Origin: the human T2T-CHM13v2.0 reference genome, Homo sapiens | DNA: 64,000 nt | Reading direction: 5' to 3' (one strand) | NCBI RefSeq assembly: GCF_009914755.1 | Contig: NC_060942.1 | Shown here: in pieces, positions 17,926-37,793 of the stretch | How the letters are laid out: each line of letters opens with the position of its first letter | Position numbering within the stretch: position 1 is the stretch's first letter | Notes under the pieces: generated by a model | The model's database searches: none | Seen by the model: only the letters and a program-made list of their open reading frames with translations | What the model was told of the DNA's origin: nothing | Program-made: the position numbers and the translations under genes

Positions 17926-18328
17926 ACAGCACCTCTTTTCCTGTGTACCTTGGGCTCCAGATGAAGACTGGCTGGCAATAGGCTGGCTGAGTTGAGGATT
18001 GAAGCAGCTTGGAGAGGGCTATCTTCTCTTTCGAGGTGGCTGCCCTCTCTGTACCCTATCTCCCCGGAGAGGGACAGTTCTGTGCTATCAGTGATCTGCA
18101 TAAAGAAAGATGGCTGTAAGTTTACTTGTGAATCATTAGTACATTTTTATTTTTATTATAGCCCAGTGCGCTCTCACAGCTGTGATCAAATGAGCAGACA
18201 GGAACACTCTGAACTCTAGAAATGGATGGGCTCCAGGGCCATTGACTTCTAACCATCATCCAACAGATTTTCTAAAAAAAAAAAAAAAAAAAGAATGCTT
18301 GATGTTTTATGGTTCAATCCTAGAAAAG

Positions 18329-18445
18329 TCATAGAATATTAAACTTTGTGACGACCTCAGAGAGCAGCTAATTCAACTTTCTCATTTTACAATTTGAGAC
18401 CTAGAAAGGTCAGGTGATTTTTCCTGGGGTCACACGGCTTGACAC
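18329..18445. mobile_element. MIR fragment
   Basis: CTCATTTTACA...TGAGACCTAGAAAGGTCAGGTGATTT...GGTCACACGGCT core. Confidence 0.65.
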
Positions 18446-18466
18446 CTGTAGTTTTCTGTGAAGTGA

Positions 18467-19075
<609 letters not shown>

Positions 19076-20246
19076 TGAAAGTAAAGTGATCAGGAGGAGT
19101 GGGTTTGTGGAAGGGAAATAGTCCATGCTGCTTCTTCCTGTCCCCCAGGGCAGGTGAAGTTAATTGGCTGGTAGGAAGGCTCAGCTTGCATTAAACTTCT
19201 CATTTTCTGGGAGGAATTGAACAGATGAGGTTTTCCTGCCTCCAAATATAAGAATGTTTTTGTGTTTTATCTTTTCGGGAGAAAAATTATCTAACTTTGT
19301 ATCCACCACAGAATGACAACAGCCTCTTTAATTTTCTGGAAGAATGAACTGAAGCCATTAGTCAAGGCTAAAGGCTAGGAGGCCTGGAAAATTGCTACAG
19401 GGTAACATTTCCATGGACGATGGAACACATTATGGGTTCTTACTTATTTAAGTGGAAATACACACATAGATCGTACTTCCAAATGGTAGTTTACGTCACT
19501 GAAGTTTGTACTGTACACTGCCCCAGAATGTTTTATAGAAGTGGAAACTCAAAAGATTGATTGACAATATATGTTTATTCAAAGTGGTTGAAAGAAAAAA
19601 AAGATTTATTAGGTGCAATTAAACAACAGAAATGTACATTTTATTTCATTAGGTGGGGAGGATGGCTGCAGAGCTTGGAAAGGGGTCTGTGTAGTTGTGT
19701 CAGAGGAGACATATTCAACTGTCCTCTCCAATGAAGATGTGTTGCCTCTCCCCAGGAACCTGCAGGGTCATAGCGTATCTGTGCTTGGCAGTTCTTTTTA
19801 TGACCAAACAAGCTTCCCACCAACGTGAAGCTCTAAGCAATAAAATGAGAAGAGAACATTTCTGAATTGCTGATCCGTGTAAGAAGTGTGCTGTATCTTC
19901 TAGTATGTTCTGAATGTAGACGTTGTTGAAACAGATTGTTACTTCTGCCTCAGTCCTTGGTGCAGATGAATAAAGAAACAATGTCAAGGACCACAGGGCT
20001 GGAGAAGGGTGGTGTAGGATCCAGGTATAAACTCAAAAAATTGGAGTCGGAGCTGTTGTGGGTAAAGGTCATACAGAAAAAAGCCCTGGGCTGCAGATCT
20101 GAACATCTCTGGAGAACAGCTCTGCTGTTCATTTTCCACGAGTTGAGCACGTGTGTTAAAATTGGACTAACACCGCTCGTATACCTCAAATGGTGCTGTG
20201 AGAATCCAATGATAACAATGAAATATTTTATTAAAAAGAGATTAAA

Positions 20247-20650
20247 CAGCTGGGCGTGGTGGCTCACACCTGTAATCCCAGCACTTTGGGAGGTTGAGGC
20301 AGGAGTTTGAGACCAGCCTGGCCAACATGGTGAAACCCCATCTCTACTAAAAATCCAAAAATTAGCCAGGTGTGGTGGTGGGAGGCTGAGGCAGGAGAAT
20401 TGCTTGAACTTGGGAGGCGGAGGTTGCAGTGAGCGGAGATAACGCCACTGTTGTCCTGTAGCCTGGGCGACAAGAGCAAAACTCTGTTGAAAGAAAAGAG
20501 AAGGGAAGGGAAGGGAAGGGAGGGGAGGGGAGGGGAAATTATAGTTTAGGAGTCATGCAGAAGGAAGGAAGGAGGGAGGGAGGGAAAGGAGGGAGGGAGG
20601 GAAAGGAAGGAAAGGAAGGAAGGAAGGAAAGAAGGAAAGAAAGAAAGAAA
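20247..20650 (+). mobile_element. Internally deleted Alu plus (GAAG/GGAG)n purine tract
   Basis: Alu segments with two deletions, then purine simple repeats. Confidence 0.85.
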
Positions 20651-21087
20651 ATTATAGTTTAGGAGTCATGCAGCTAGAGGCTACAAGATTCTGACCCTCC
20701 CTAAGCTGCTCCTAAGATCAGTGCTTGAGATATTTTACAGACCCTGCACTCAAGCTGGCACCACCCAGATTGATAAACTGGCTCATGTGATCTTGTGGTA
20801 CCCCACCCAGGAACTGACTCAGTGCAAGAAGACAGCTCTGTCTCCCTTTAATTTCATCTCTGACCAATCAGCACTGCCGGCTCACTGACTTCCCCCTACC
20901 CACCAAGTTGTCCTTAAAAATTCTGCTCCCCGAATGCTCTCGGGAAACTGATTTGTGTAATAATGAAACTCTAGTCTCCTGCCCAGCCGGCTCTGCATGA
21001 ATTACTCTGTCTCTATTGCAATCCCCCTGTCTTGATAAATTGACTCTGTCTAGGCAGCAGGCAAGGTGAATCCACTGGGAGGTTACA
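20650..21087 (+). mobile_element. LTR8-like ERV1 LTR, 5'-truncated
   Basis: GGAGTCATGCAGCTAGAGGCTACAAGATTCTGACC...GGCAAGGTGAATCCACTGGGAGGTTACA. Confidence 0.8.
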
Positions 21088-21467
21088 TTTGAATAACACT
21101 GTCCTTATTTCAGAGCAGCTGACTGTGCTTTTTGAAATCACGCTCTTGTTAGCAACCTAACATCCCCCCAGCCCCTCACCCCCAGCCCCCATCAGTTCCT
21201 TGCTGGTCCTCACATGATCCCTTCAATGATCCCTGTCATGTGGAACTGTGTCCACTTTCTTGGGCTGCCAAGTGCTTCCTAGAAAGTCATGAGATGAGGT
21301 TGCCTGGTATCGCTACAAATTTCAGATTGGATTTAGCAAACATTTGATTTATCTAGTTATTATAAGTTGTTATTAGTATTATTTTCACTATCATATTATT
21401 TCTATTTGCTTAGGTGCTAAACTAAGTTAACTGTTTACCCCTGGAACTACTCCAGACAGTTTCAACT

Positions 21468-22173
<706 letters not shown>

Positions 22174-22369
22174 AACTTCAGGCCAGTGTCAGGATTTAGT
22201 TTAATTTGGAATCTGTGAAATTAAACAACTCTGGAGTGAACTCAAGTTAAATTCTAGATCACAGTTTCCTGAACTACTAGGTATATTCTTCACTCTGCTT
22301 ACCTGGTGTAAGAAAGAATGCAAGGCCTCTAGAGGCCCTGAGGCTGCTTTTCCATCCCAACTCCAAGAC

Positions 22370-25500
<3,131 letters not shown>

Positions 25501-25532
25501 AATCCCTTCTGCAGTTTATGTATTTTTTTTTA

Positions 25533-25572
25533 AGGGGCCATGCTAGTCTTCTCTGTATCGTTCCAATTTTAG
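25533..25572 (-). pseudogene. U6 snRNA fragment (about nt 25-64) with short poly(A)
   Basis: Minus strand reads CTAAAATTGGAACGATACAGAGAAGACTAGCATGGCCCCT, 39/40 to U6 including the ACAGAGA box; A-run at 25523-25531. Confidence 0.88.
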
Positions 25573-26174
25573 GTGAATGCAAAAGTAATTGTGGTTTTTG
25601 CATTGTTGGAATTTGCTGTTTGATATTGGAATATGTTCTTAAATAAATATGTCATACATCATTTTAACGGGCATTTCTCGCTTTATTTTTTTTGCTAATG
25701 ACATTACTTGCTGTTTATTTTACGTTTATTTTAGACTATGGAAATGATGTTAGACAAAAAGCAAATTTGAGCAATTTTCTTATTTGAGGTCAAAATGCAG
25801 AAGAGACAACTGGCAACATCAACAATTCATTTGGCCCAGAAACTGCTAGGGCACACACAGTGCAGTGGTGGTTCGAGAAGTTTTGCCAATAGATGCCGGC
25901 CTTCAGAAGTTGACAGTGATCAATTGAGGGCAATCATCAAAGCTGATCCTCTTACGCTACAGGAGAAGTTGCCAAAGAACTCAACGTTGGCCATTCAATG
26001 GTCGTTTGGCATTTGAAGCAAATTGGAAAGATAAAAAGCTCAATAAGTGGGTGCCCCATGAGCTGAGCGAAAATTTTTAAAAATCATCATTTTGAAGTGT
26101 CATCTCTTATTCTACATAACAAGAACAAACCATTTCTCAATTCTATTGTGATGTGTAATGAAAAGTGGATTTTA
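25569..26174 (+). mobile_element. Hsmar1 mariner transposon, 5' half (left TIR + dead transposase N-terminus)
   Basis: TIR-like TTAGGTGAATGCAAAAGTAATTGTGGTTTTTGC; ATG at 25738 reads MEMMLDKKQI* (stop); later WVPHEL and CNEKWIL (decayed TCDEKWIL) motifs; ends at an Alu. Confidence 0.9.
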
Positions 26175-26489
26175 AGTGCCGGAGCAGTGGCTCATGCCTG
26201 TAATCTCAGCACTTTGGGAGGCTGAGGCGGGAGGATAACTTGAGGTCAGGAGTTCAAGACCTGCCTAGCCAACATGACGAAACCCCATCTCTAAAAACAT
26301 TAGCTGGGTGTGATGGCGGGGCCCTGTAGTCCCAGCTACTTGGGAGGCTGAGGCAGGAAACTGCTTGAACCCGGGAGGCAGAGGTTGCAGTGAGCCGAGA
26401 TCGCGCCACAGCACTCCAGCCTGAGCGACAGAGCGAGACCCCTCTCCCTGCCTCCCTCGCCCCCCAAAGAAGAAAAAAGAAAGCACAGC

Positions 26490-27180
26490 CTTCCGTTGAG
26501 GCCTCTGGGCGATCCAGTAGGATAGGTCTAGGCGCCGACTGCGTGGGGACCACGCACGACCGTGACAGGCGCAGTCTTGAGGACACTGGCTTTGAGAGCA
26601 GCTGAGGGACTGGGCAAAGAAGGGGCTGCAGGTATGGGGGTCAGGCCAGCCCAGGGGAAGTGCGCACGGGTGTGCGGGGGGGTCATTCAGGGCCCTGACG
26701 GAGCTAAGGGGAGGATTTAGCCCTGAGTCGGCTCTGGGGTGTGGGGTGGCGGGATGGGGTGCCCTCCCCGGGGCCAGGGCGAGCAGGGTGCGGGGCTCCT
26801 GGAGGCTAGCAGGATTAAGGTCGTTTTTAGGATGAGTGAGCTCTGCAGGTTCCCTGCTTTCAACCCGGAAGGAACCTGGGCCCACGTGGGAGTGGGATTG
26901 GGGGGTGAGACCCGCAGCCCACGGAAGGGGCGCTGAGACGCGCGGCCGCGAGGGACAGGGGTGCCCCACGGGAGCGTGCGGCTCATATTATTAGGGAGGT
27001 GTCCAGTGCGTCGTGCCCCGGCCGGGCGCCAGGTGGCGGCAGAGGCCGGTGCGGCGCAGCTTCTTCGGCCGCGGGACAGCGGTGCCCCCAGGGTAGGAGG
27101 CTGGGGCTGGGCTGGAGCAGAGCCGGAGGGAGGAGTGCGGCCAACAAAAGACCATCCGCGAGCGCCTGAACTTGGGTGTG
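26490..27180. promoter_or_regulatory. Small CpG-rich island with CTCF-like motif
   Basis: CpG-dense at 26920-27170; GCGCCAGGTGGCGG at about 27026-27039 resembles the CTCF core. Confidence 0.5.
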
Positions 27181-27555
27181 GAGTTGTATTTTAGGATATG
27201 TTAAAAAGTTAGGAATATTAAGTAATTGGCACTTGGCCGGGAGCGGTGGCTCACACGTGTTATCCCAGCACTTCAGGAGGCCGAGGTGGGCGGATCACCT
27301 GAGGTTGGGAGTTTGAGAACATCCTGGCCAACATGGCGAAATCCTATCCCTACTAAAAATACAAAAACTTAGCTGGGCATGGTGGTGCGCGCCTGTAGTC
27401 CCAGCTACTAGGGAGGCTGAGGCAGGAGACTCCGTCGCAAAAAAAAAAAAAAAAAAAAAAAAAAGGCACTTAATCCCAGACTGAAACCCTCTTTTCAGAC
27501 TCTACATTAAGATCTTAAAGAACTTAGGCCCAGGCAGGCGGGTCACTTGCAGTCA

Positions 27556-27759
<204 letters not shown>

Positions 27760-28756
27760 TCAAAAAATAAATAAATAAAATAAAATAAAATAAAGAGCTT
27801 AAAGAACTTAAGAAAACACCAAATACTTCAGAGGTACCAGTGGCAATGTAATTAATGAGGATATTCAAGGAAGGTGACATAATTGCCAAGGTAAAAATAA
27901 TTAAACAATTTCCAAAAGTCTATTTCAGTGAAGGAAACATTTGTCTTTAAGGGAAACATCAATGAAAATTATGTTTATGGCAAAAATGAGCCCTTTCTGC
28001 AAGCTTCATTTAGAAAATTGTGGGCATAATTACCATTTTACACAAAATAACTCTGTAGAAAGCTTTTTGAAATAAGCTTCTATTGAAATAAAATGCCAAT
28101 TAATTACCCATTTAACTTATTAAATGAGAACTATAGGGTGCTAATTTTTAAATATTTTTTAAGTTGCTTTGAAATAATACCTTTTCTTTGAGACTTGAGA
28201 ACATATATAGCTAATATGAACTGATGAAACAAAGATTTTTAATTACTTCTTTTATTATTTACCTATATATTCTGTATCAGTTAATTTCATTGCTTAAATT
28301 ATTAATGTCTAATATGCCACTTGAAGCATTCATATTCTGAAAATGATGTAAGTTACACATGTAGGTTGGCCGAAAGTATTATATACTAGGACACAGCGGA
28401 GTTTGGGAGTGTCTGCTGCCTGTCCAGGAAGCTGCAGGTTTATGAGTTGTAAATGTAGGAGAATTCAGTTCAGTATAAATAGTTTAGCTTCCTGTTATAT
28501 TAGGATAGGCAGTTAAGCTTATGTTTTTGCCATAGACAAATTATCATTATCTGTCAGGCCTACAGTTTAGGTTTTGACGTAACTCTTCAAGTACAAATGG
28601 AGAATGCATCCCCAGCAGCACTGCAGTCCTCGTTCACACCGAGTTTCGGTACAGTCAGGGGTTTTGAAGTCAGTACCACGGGAGACGCAGACGGAGGATG
28701 AATGAAAGGCACAGAAAAATCCTAAGGTAGAAATGGGGGGAACGGAAAAGCAGACA

Positions 28757-28773
28757 GACACTAGAGGGCGCAG
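28757..28773 (+). promoter_or_regulatory. CTCF-like motif
   Basis: GACACTAGAGGGCGCAG matches CCACTAGAGGGCGC at 13/14 positions, in locally CpG-retaining unique sequence. Confidence 0.45.
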
Positions 28774-29231
28774 GAGGAAAGTGGGTCGGAGTCCTGGAAG
28801 AGGAGGCGGGCTGGGTGAAGGAAGACAGTGAAGAGGGCACTCTGAAAAACCCATCCGAATCTTTCAGTGTAGGTAGGCACCACCCACAGCATGTTGTCAT
28901 TGCAAACTGGTTCCTTCCATACGTCCCGAAAGGCTCTCCATGGTAGCTTACATCTCTCTATTTGACACTTGATGGCTTTCTTAAGGTATTTAGGTCCATT
29001 TACTAAAAATGACTCATCACTTGTTAATTAAATAAGGTTTATACATTTTTTTCATTTTAATTTCAAACATAGGAGATAAAGAAAAAAGGTGCTTGTGGCC
29101 AGGCACGGTGGCTCACGCCTGTAATCCCAGCTGAGGGGAGGCCGAGGCGGGAGGATCACCTGAGGTCAGGAGTTTGAGACCAGCCTGGCCAACATGGTGA
29201 AACCCTGTCTCTACTAAAAATACAAAAGTTA

Positions 29232-29928
<697 letters not shown>

Positions 29929-30684
29929 CTATATTATAAAGTTAAGAACAGCAGAAAAATGTATTTTCATTTTACAAGAATTACTTCAATTTAAGTTAGT
30001 TTTTATTCACCAAAATCCATAATGTTCCATGTGTCACAATAAAACAAAGCAGACTTTGCCAGCGTGAATCCACTTTTACTGAAGATGAGGGTCATTCATG
30101 GACCTAGAGGTTACAATAGTCAAAGTGTTCTGCACGAGAACAAACACACAGATGTCTTTGAAATGTGATGCAAAAGTGCAGACTGCTGCCTCCTACTGAT
30201 GAAAAGGAAATGAGTGAGATGCTATGAGTCACTAATTGTGAACTAGTCAGTCGACAACTCCAAGAGCCCACTTCATGCTGGTGACGAGGTCCACCAACGA
30301 TGGTCTGGCATGTGGGGGCCTTAGTTGAAAGACAGGAGAGGTGGATCAGAGACAGCTAGAGGAGCAGGCATTTCCCGAGTGCTGTAAAGGGGGACTCATC
30401 CCGCTAGGAGAATGTCTATTAGGGAATTCAGACCAAGTTCTGGGAAGGAATCCACAAGGAAGTCTCCGGGAGCAAGGAAGAAGGGGAAAGGAGAGGCAGC
30501 TGGGAAAATGCGAGACACACACATCCACCCCTTCCCCAAAACCCTGGCTTACACACTCGTGAGAGCCTCCCGTGGCTCAGGGAAGTCTTAGGGGGTCTTA
30601 GGAAACATCACACATTTCACTTTCATCTGTCCACCAGTTAGCTACACTCGGGCTTCCAGATCATGAATTTTTTTTTCTTTTTAA

Positions 30685-30891
<207 letters not shown>

Positions 30892-31981
30892 TGACCTCCT
30901 GATCTGCCCGCCTCAGCCTCCCAAAGTACTGGGATTACAGACATGAGCCGCCGCGCCTGGCCAACAGGTGTTTCTTAAAAGCAGAAGCAGAGAGAGGGCA
31001 GGAGAGAACAAACAGGAGGGGAGGGATGTCTTCCGGACACTGGGCTCTCTCCTCAGGAGAGAATGAGGCCTGAGGTGGGCACAGGGCCCTCTGGGTGTGT
31101 AACAGGCCCAGGGCAGCCTCGCCAGCCTCCATTGCTTGTCCATAAGCAAAGCATAACATTATGTGTAAAAACAAACATCATCACAAGATAGGCCAGGCAC
31201 CGCCTTGCGACAGCAGCCTTGTGGCTACTGGATGTGTGTGGTTGACCTCAGTAAGGTAGGCGCCCTTCTCTGCAGGCCTGTCCAGACAGCTCCGCACCAT
31301 GCTGCTCAGGATCAGGCCTGCAGTTCCACGAACTGGCCCCCTTGTGGGTTGCCTTCAGGAGCATACCTCTGACTCAGTGTCCCAACCTCCTCTGCCCTGC
31401 CCTGCCCGGGGCCCTCATGTGCACACACCCAGGATCTGCCCAGGGCCCTCTCTGCTCAGCCCACAAATACTGCTTCGTTCCCCTGGCTGACTGGCTGCAC
31501 CTCCAGGTAAAGCAATGCTCTCAGGCCCCAGCCAGGTCATTCTTTACGGGGTTATTCTATGTACTGTGGGAGGTATAGCAGCACCGCTGGTCTTTACGAT
31601 GACCGGTTGTGACATGTGAGCCTCAGTCCTCGCTATATCAGGGAGTAGCTTCCTCCGACTATCGGAATCACCCTTGCCCGATGGCATCTTCTCAGCCCCG
31701 TGCTTAGTAAGTCCCCACATTCCTTTACAGGTGTTCATTTAATTCCCTTTGGGTTGATTCTCAATAGTTTCTTTCTCTAAGAGTAACCTGATTTCTGACC
31801 CATACAATGACCACTGTGGTCCAGTGGACCATTTGCCTTTCCCACTTTTCCGTCCCCAACACGCACACGCTCCACCCCCTTGCATAAAATAACAGTAAGG
31901 AAGAAGCAGAATGAAATTCCACCCCTGCATCAGCTACTGGAGTTGGGGCTGAGTTTTGTCTGATTAAGAACTGCCGGATCA

Positions 31982-32296
<315 letters not shown>

Positions 32297-32379
32297 TCAC
32301 CGGGTAAATCCCCATGGGGATGCACTGCAGAGGAACCTGGGTGTTGGCGTGGCTCCGAAGAGGACCGAGCTAGGTGTAG

Positions 32380-32962
<583 letters not shown>

Positions 32963-34022
32963 TGAATGTTCTAGGACCTAGAACAGAGCTTGAGGCAGGG
33001 AAAGTATTCACAATGTTGTTGGCTGCAGTCAGGAATAATAAATCAATGTTGAGTGGATAAACTAATGAATAGTTTTGTTTGGTTTTATGCCAAAAAATAG
33101 TAATCTCCTGGGTAGCCGGGTACAGTGGCTCATACCTGTAATCTCAATGCTTTGGGAGGCCGAGGTGGGAGGATCCCTTGAGCTCAGGAGTTCAAGACCA
33201 GACTGGACAACATGGTGAAACCACATGGCTGCAAAACATCCAAAAATTAACCGGGCATGGTGGTGCGCATCTGTTTTCTCAGCTACTCAGCCTACTTGGG
33301 GAGGCTGAGGCGGAAGAATCACCTGAACCTGCACTCCAGCCTGGTTGACAAAACAAGATCCTGTCTCAAAAAAAAAAAAAAAAAAAAAAAAAAGAAGTGA
33401 TCTCCCATCACCCTCAAAGAATTCCAGATAAGAGCAACAGGTCAGCCCGATCACACTCCTCCAGGTATCTTTGAGTCTCAGGGCGGTGGTTGCCATGCTT
33501 GAGGGAGGGACGAGGAAGCTGGTTGTTTTCACCACCAGTAAGACCCTGGGAGGCCTGCCGTGGCTTTGATTGCAGTTCCGACAGATCCTTCCTTCCCAGC
33601 TGGTGCACACCCAACGCACCCCTGCAGAGAGAGCCAAGGATCCCCCCACAGGCATGTTTGTGGAGGAGCGTGCACAGTCCTAACGGGTGGCCTGTGGACT
33701 CCTGCAGGTCGGCTCCCAGAAAATCCCAGTCTTACAACCATGAAAAGGAAGTAGGATTCACATACTGTAAACGGTAGGCAGGCCCTTGGTAATGCTGGGG
33801 CTGCTAAGTTTTGAAAACCTAAGAGTTTTATTTTCTAAAGCAGAATACATTCCATTAACTTGACATCCTTTAAAAAGTTATTAAGGCTGGGCATGGTGGC
33901 TCACGCCTGTAATCCCAGCACTTTGGGAGGCCGAGGCGGGCGGATCATGAGGTCAGGAGATCGAGACCATCCTGGCTAACACAGTGAAACCCCGTCTCTA
34001 CTAAAAAATACAAAAAAAATTA

Positions 34023-34335
<313 letters not shown>

Positions 34336-34930
34336 CTAAAAAAAAAAAAAAAAAAAAAAAAAGGTTATTCCATGGAGGTATTTTAATTATGCAATAAAAG
34401 GCAGAAGCGACTTTACTGCTACAACTCCCAGAGCAATTGTTTGCATGTAGGTTTTTTTCCAGTCTCCAAGGGGTCTTGATTTTCGAAGCCACTATCACCC
34501 CAGCAAACACCTGTGAAGCTGAAGGCATCTCTTTCCGCTGTTCTCTCCCATGCACTGCCCTTGATCAGCCTTCAAAATCCAGGGTCCTTGGGGTCACCGG
34601 GCTCTGGAAGGGAGCCCACAGGTTGATCTTTCCAGTTCCACTTACCTCTCCCCCTCGTATCGTAGTATTTGCTGCCTCTCCCTTTCCCACAAAACCTGCA
34701 AGTTTCTTAAGACTGGGGGTGGGCTTTTTTTCATCATTGTATCCCATTCCCACTGCATGGCATTCCACGGTATGTGTCCCATTAATCTCAAATGAAAAGC
34801 ATTCTTCTTCTTTCCCCACAGAGGCCAGTTTAGGAAACAGGAGCACTGGCATTGTCATGCCCTTGGGGGAATTGTGGATAAGGACTGGGTTAAGGATGAA
34901 ATGACTTTTTTCACTTTTGTGATCTCTGTA

Positions 34931-35330
34931 GGCTTCCCAGGGGTGCTGAGCACTAGTGCTGAGTGCAGAGATGAGCGATGCCGGAGACCATCATCTCCTC
35001 CACCTAACTCGGCTTCCCAGGGGTGCTGAGCACTAGTGCTGAGTGCAGAGATGAGCGATGCCGGAGACCATCATCTCCTCCACCTAACTCGGCTTCCCAG
35101 GGGTGCTGAGCACTAGTGCTGAGTGCAGAGATGAGCGATGCCGGAGACCATCATCTCCTCCACCTAACTCGGCTTCCCAGGGGTGCTGAGCACTAGTGGT
35201 GAGTGCAGAGATGAGCGATGCCGGAGACCATCATCTCCTTCACCTAACTCGGCTTCCCAGGGGTGCTGAGCACTAGTGGTGAGTGCAGAGATGAGCGATG
35301 CCGGAGACCATCATCTCCTTCACCTAACTC
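34931..35330. repeat. 80-bp minisatellite, 5 nearly identical copies
   Basis: Copies start at 34931, 35011, 35091, 35171 and 35251; copies 4-5 share two substitutions. Confidence 0.97.
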
Positions 35331-35349
35331 CATTTGGGCTCCTCGGGGT

Positions 35350-35830
35350 ACTTTTTCCTTTTCCCCTCTTTTTTTCTTCTCTCCATTCTAGGCTCTGGGT
35401 GCTTTTTCAACTAGGTCCTGACTTCTGGATTTCTGTGTTATCTCTGTATTGTCCAATTTTAGCAAGAGTCCTGCTCAGCCAGTTCAGCTACACCCCCGAC
35501 CCTCGATATCTGACAGGTTCCTCATCCTCCACCCTCCGCCAGGCCACGTCTGATCTCCCTGGCCTGCCCTCTGCAGGTCCTGTGAGGTTGGCTTAACCAG
35601 AGTCCTCCCTCTGATGTCTCCTCTTAGTAAGTTTCCATCCAGTGACCTTCCACCTTCTCCTTAGCTATAAATACCCACTTTTTCTTGTTGTATTTACAGT
35701 TGGGACCAATCTCTATGCCCTTTTGCAAAGTGGTCCCTACTCAAGGTCCCTACAAAGGGGTCCCTTGAGTAAAGATCATGACCCTGCTTGACTAAAGCCT
35801 TCCTTATCGTCTTTAAGAAGTGTCATGAAT
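35350..35830 (+). mobile_element. MER31-like LTR
   Basis: CCAATTTTAGCAAGAGTCCTGCT...CTCCTCTTAGTAAGTTTCCATCC...GCTATAAATACCCAC. Confidence 0.65.
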
Positions 35831-35833
35831 ATA

Positions 35834-35866
<33 letters not shown>

Positions 35867-36034
35867 TTCTTGAGACAAGTTCTCACTCTGTCGCCCAGGC
35901 TGGCATGCAGTGGTACGATCACGGCTCACTGCAGCCTTGACCTCTTGGGCTCAAGCGATCCTCTCGCCTCAGTCTCTCAAGATGGGACCAAAAGCACTTG
36001 CCACCACGCCTGGCTAATTTTTTTGAAAAAATAG

Positions 36035-36475
<441 letters not shown>

Positions 36476-36479
36476 TGAT

Positions 36480-36705
36480 GATATGCTAAGAAAAAGGGGT
36501 GGATGGTTCATGCTTCCTCTTTTTAGACCACATAGGGTAAGTTCCTGACATTGTCACAGCATTTGTAAACTGTCATGGCATTGGTGGGAGTGTAGCAGTG
36601 AGGACGACCAGAGGTCACTCTCGTTGCCATCTTGGTTTTGGTGGGTTTTAGCTGGTTTCTTTACTGCAACCTGTTTTATCAGCAAGCTCTTTACAACCTG
36701 TATCT
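36480..36705 (-). mobile_element. MER41 (A-type) LTR fragment between antisense Alus
   Basis: TTTAGACCACATAGGGTAAGTTCCTGAC...GAGGACGACCAGAGGTCACTCTCG...CCTGTTTTATCAGCAAG. Confidence 0.8.
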
Positions 36706-37380
36706 TTTTTTTTTGTCGGAGACGAAGTCTTGCTTTTGTCCACCAGGCTGGAGTGCCACGGTGAGATCTCGGCTCACTGCAACCTCTGCCTCCTGGGTTC
36801 AAGTGATCCCAGGAGGGGATCTGGGATTCTGGGCTCTCAATTCCATTCTATTAGACTGTATATCTGTCTTTGTCAGTGCCACCATTTTCGTTACTGTAGC
36901 TTATTCCTTATTATTTTTTTTCTTTTCAGAGATGTGGTCTCACCATATTGGCTTGGCCAGGTTGGCCTTGAACTCCTGGCCTCAAGCATTCCTCCTGCCT
37001 CGGCCTCTCAAAATGCTAGGATTTACAGGCATAAGCCACTGCACCTGCTTTTTTTTTTTTTTTCTCAAGAGACACAGCCTCACTATGTTGCCTCAAACTC
37101 CCGGGCTCAAGTGATCCTCCCACTTCAGCCTCCCAAGTAGCTGGCATTTTAAGCATACACCACTGCTCGGAGCTAATTACTGTAGCTTTGTAGCAGGTTT
37201 TGAAATCAAGAAACACGAGGCTTTCAATTGTATCCTTCTTTTTCAAGAACGACAGTTATTTGGGTCCAACTACATAACTTTTGAAAGACTCAGAAACTGG
37301 CAGAGCTAAGCCAGACCAACAAGCAAGTTTTCAACATCAAACTTCCTTTGCTTTTAATGCTTTTTAGTGATTTTAAGGAG

Positions 37381-37793
37381 TGTGAAGGTTAATTTTATGT
37401 ATTTCTGGGTGTGTCTGTGAGGGCATATGCAGAAGAGATTAGCATTTGGGTTGGTTGACGGGCTAACGAAACTCCACCCTCAGTATCGAGGGTGGGCATC
37501 ATCTCACCGGTTGAGGGCCCACACAGAAGAACAAAAAGGGTTGAGAAGCGCCAATTTGCCTTTTTACCTCAAGCTGTGACTTCCCTTGTGCCCTGGACAT
37601 TGAGCTCCTCCTGGTTCTTAGCCCTTTGGCCTCAGAATGAATGACTGTACTGGCATTCCTGGTTTTCCAGCTTGCAGACGGGAGACATCTCAGCCTCCAT
37701 AATCATGTGAACCAATTCTTTAATAAGTCTCCTCTTTTATATCTTTTATATAGCTTATTGGTTCTGTTTCTCTGGGGAACCCCAACTAATATA
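37381..37793 (+). mobile_element. MLT2 (ERVL) LTR
   Basis: TGTGAAGGTTAATTTTATGT start; TTCTGGGTGTGTCTGTGAGGG; TTGGTTCTGTTTCTCTGGGGAACCCCAACTAATATA end. Confidence 0.8.

Noticed and set aside
25738-26174. Functional mariner transposase or SETMAR exon
   Set aside because: Stop at codon 11, deletions, mutated first catalytic Asp and missing 3' half
34931-35330. Palindromic direct repeats as a CRISPR array
   Set aside because: There are no unique spacers; these are head-to-tail 80-bp copies
36480-36705. MER41 as an interferon-inducible STAT1 enhancer
   Set aside because: The fragment has the MER41A-type junction and lacks the tandem TTCCGGGAA GAS sites
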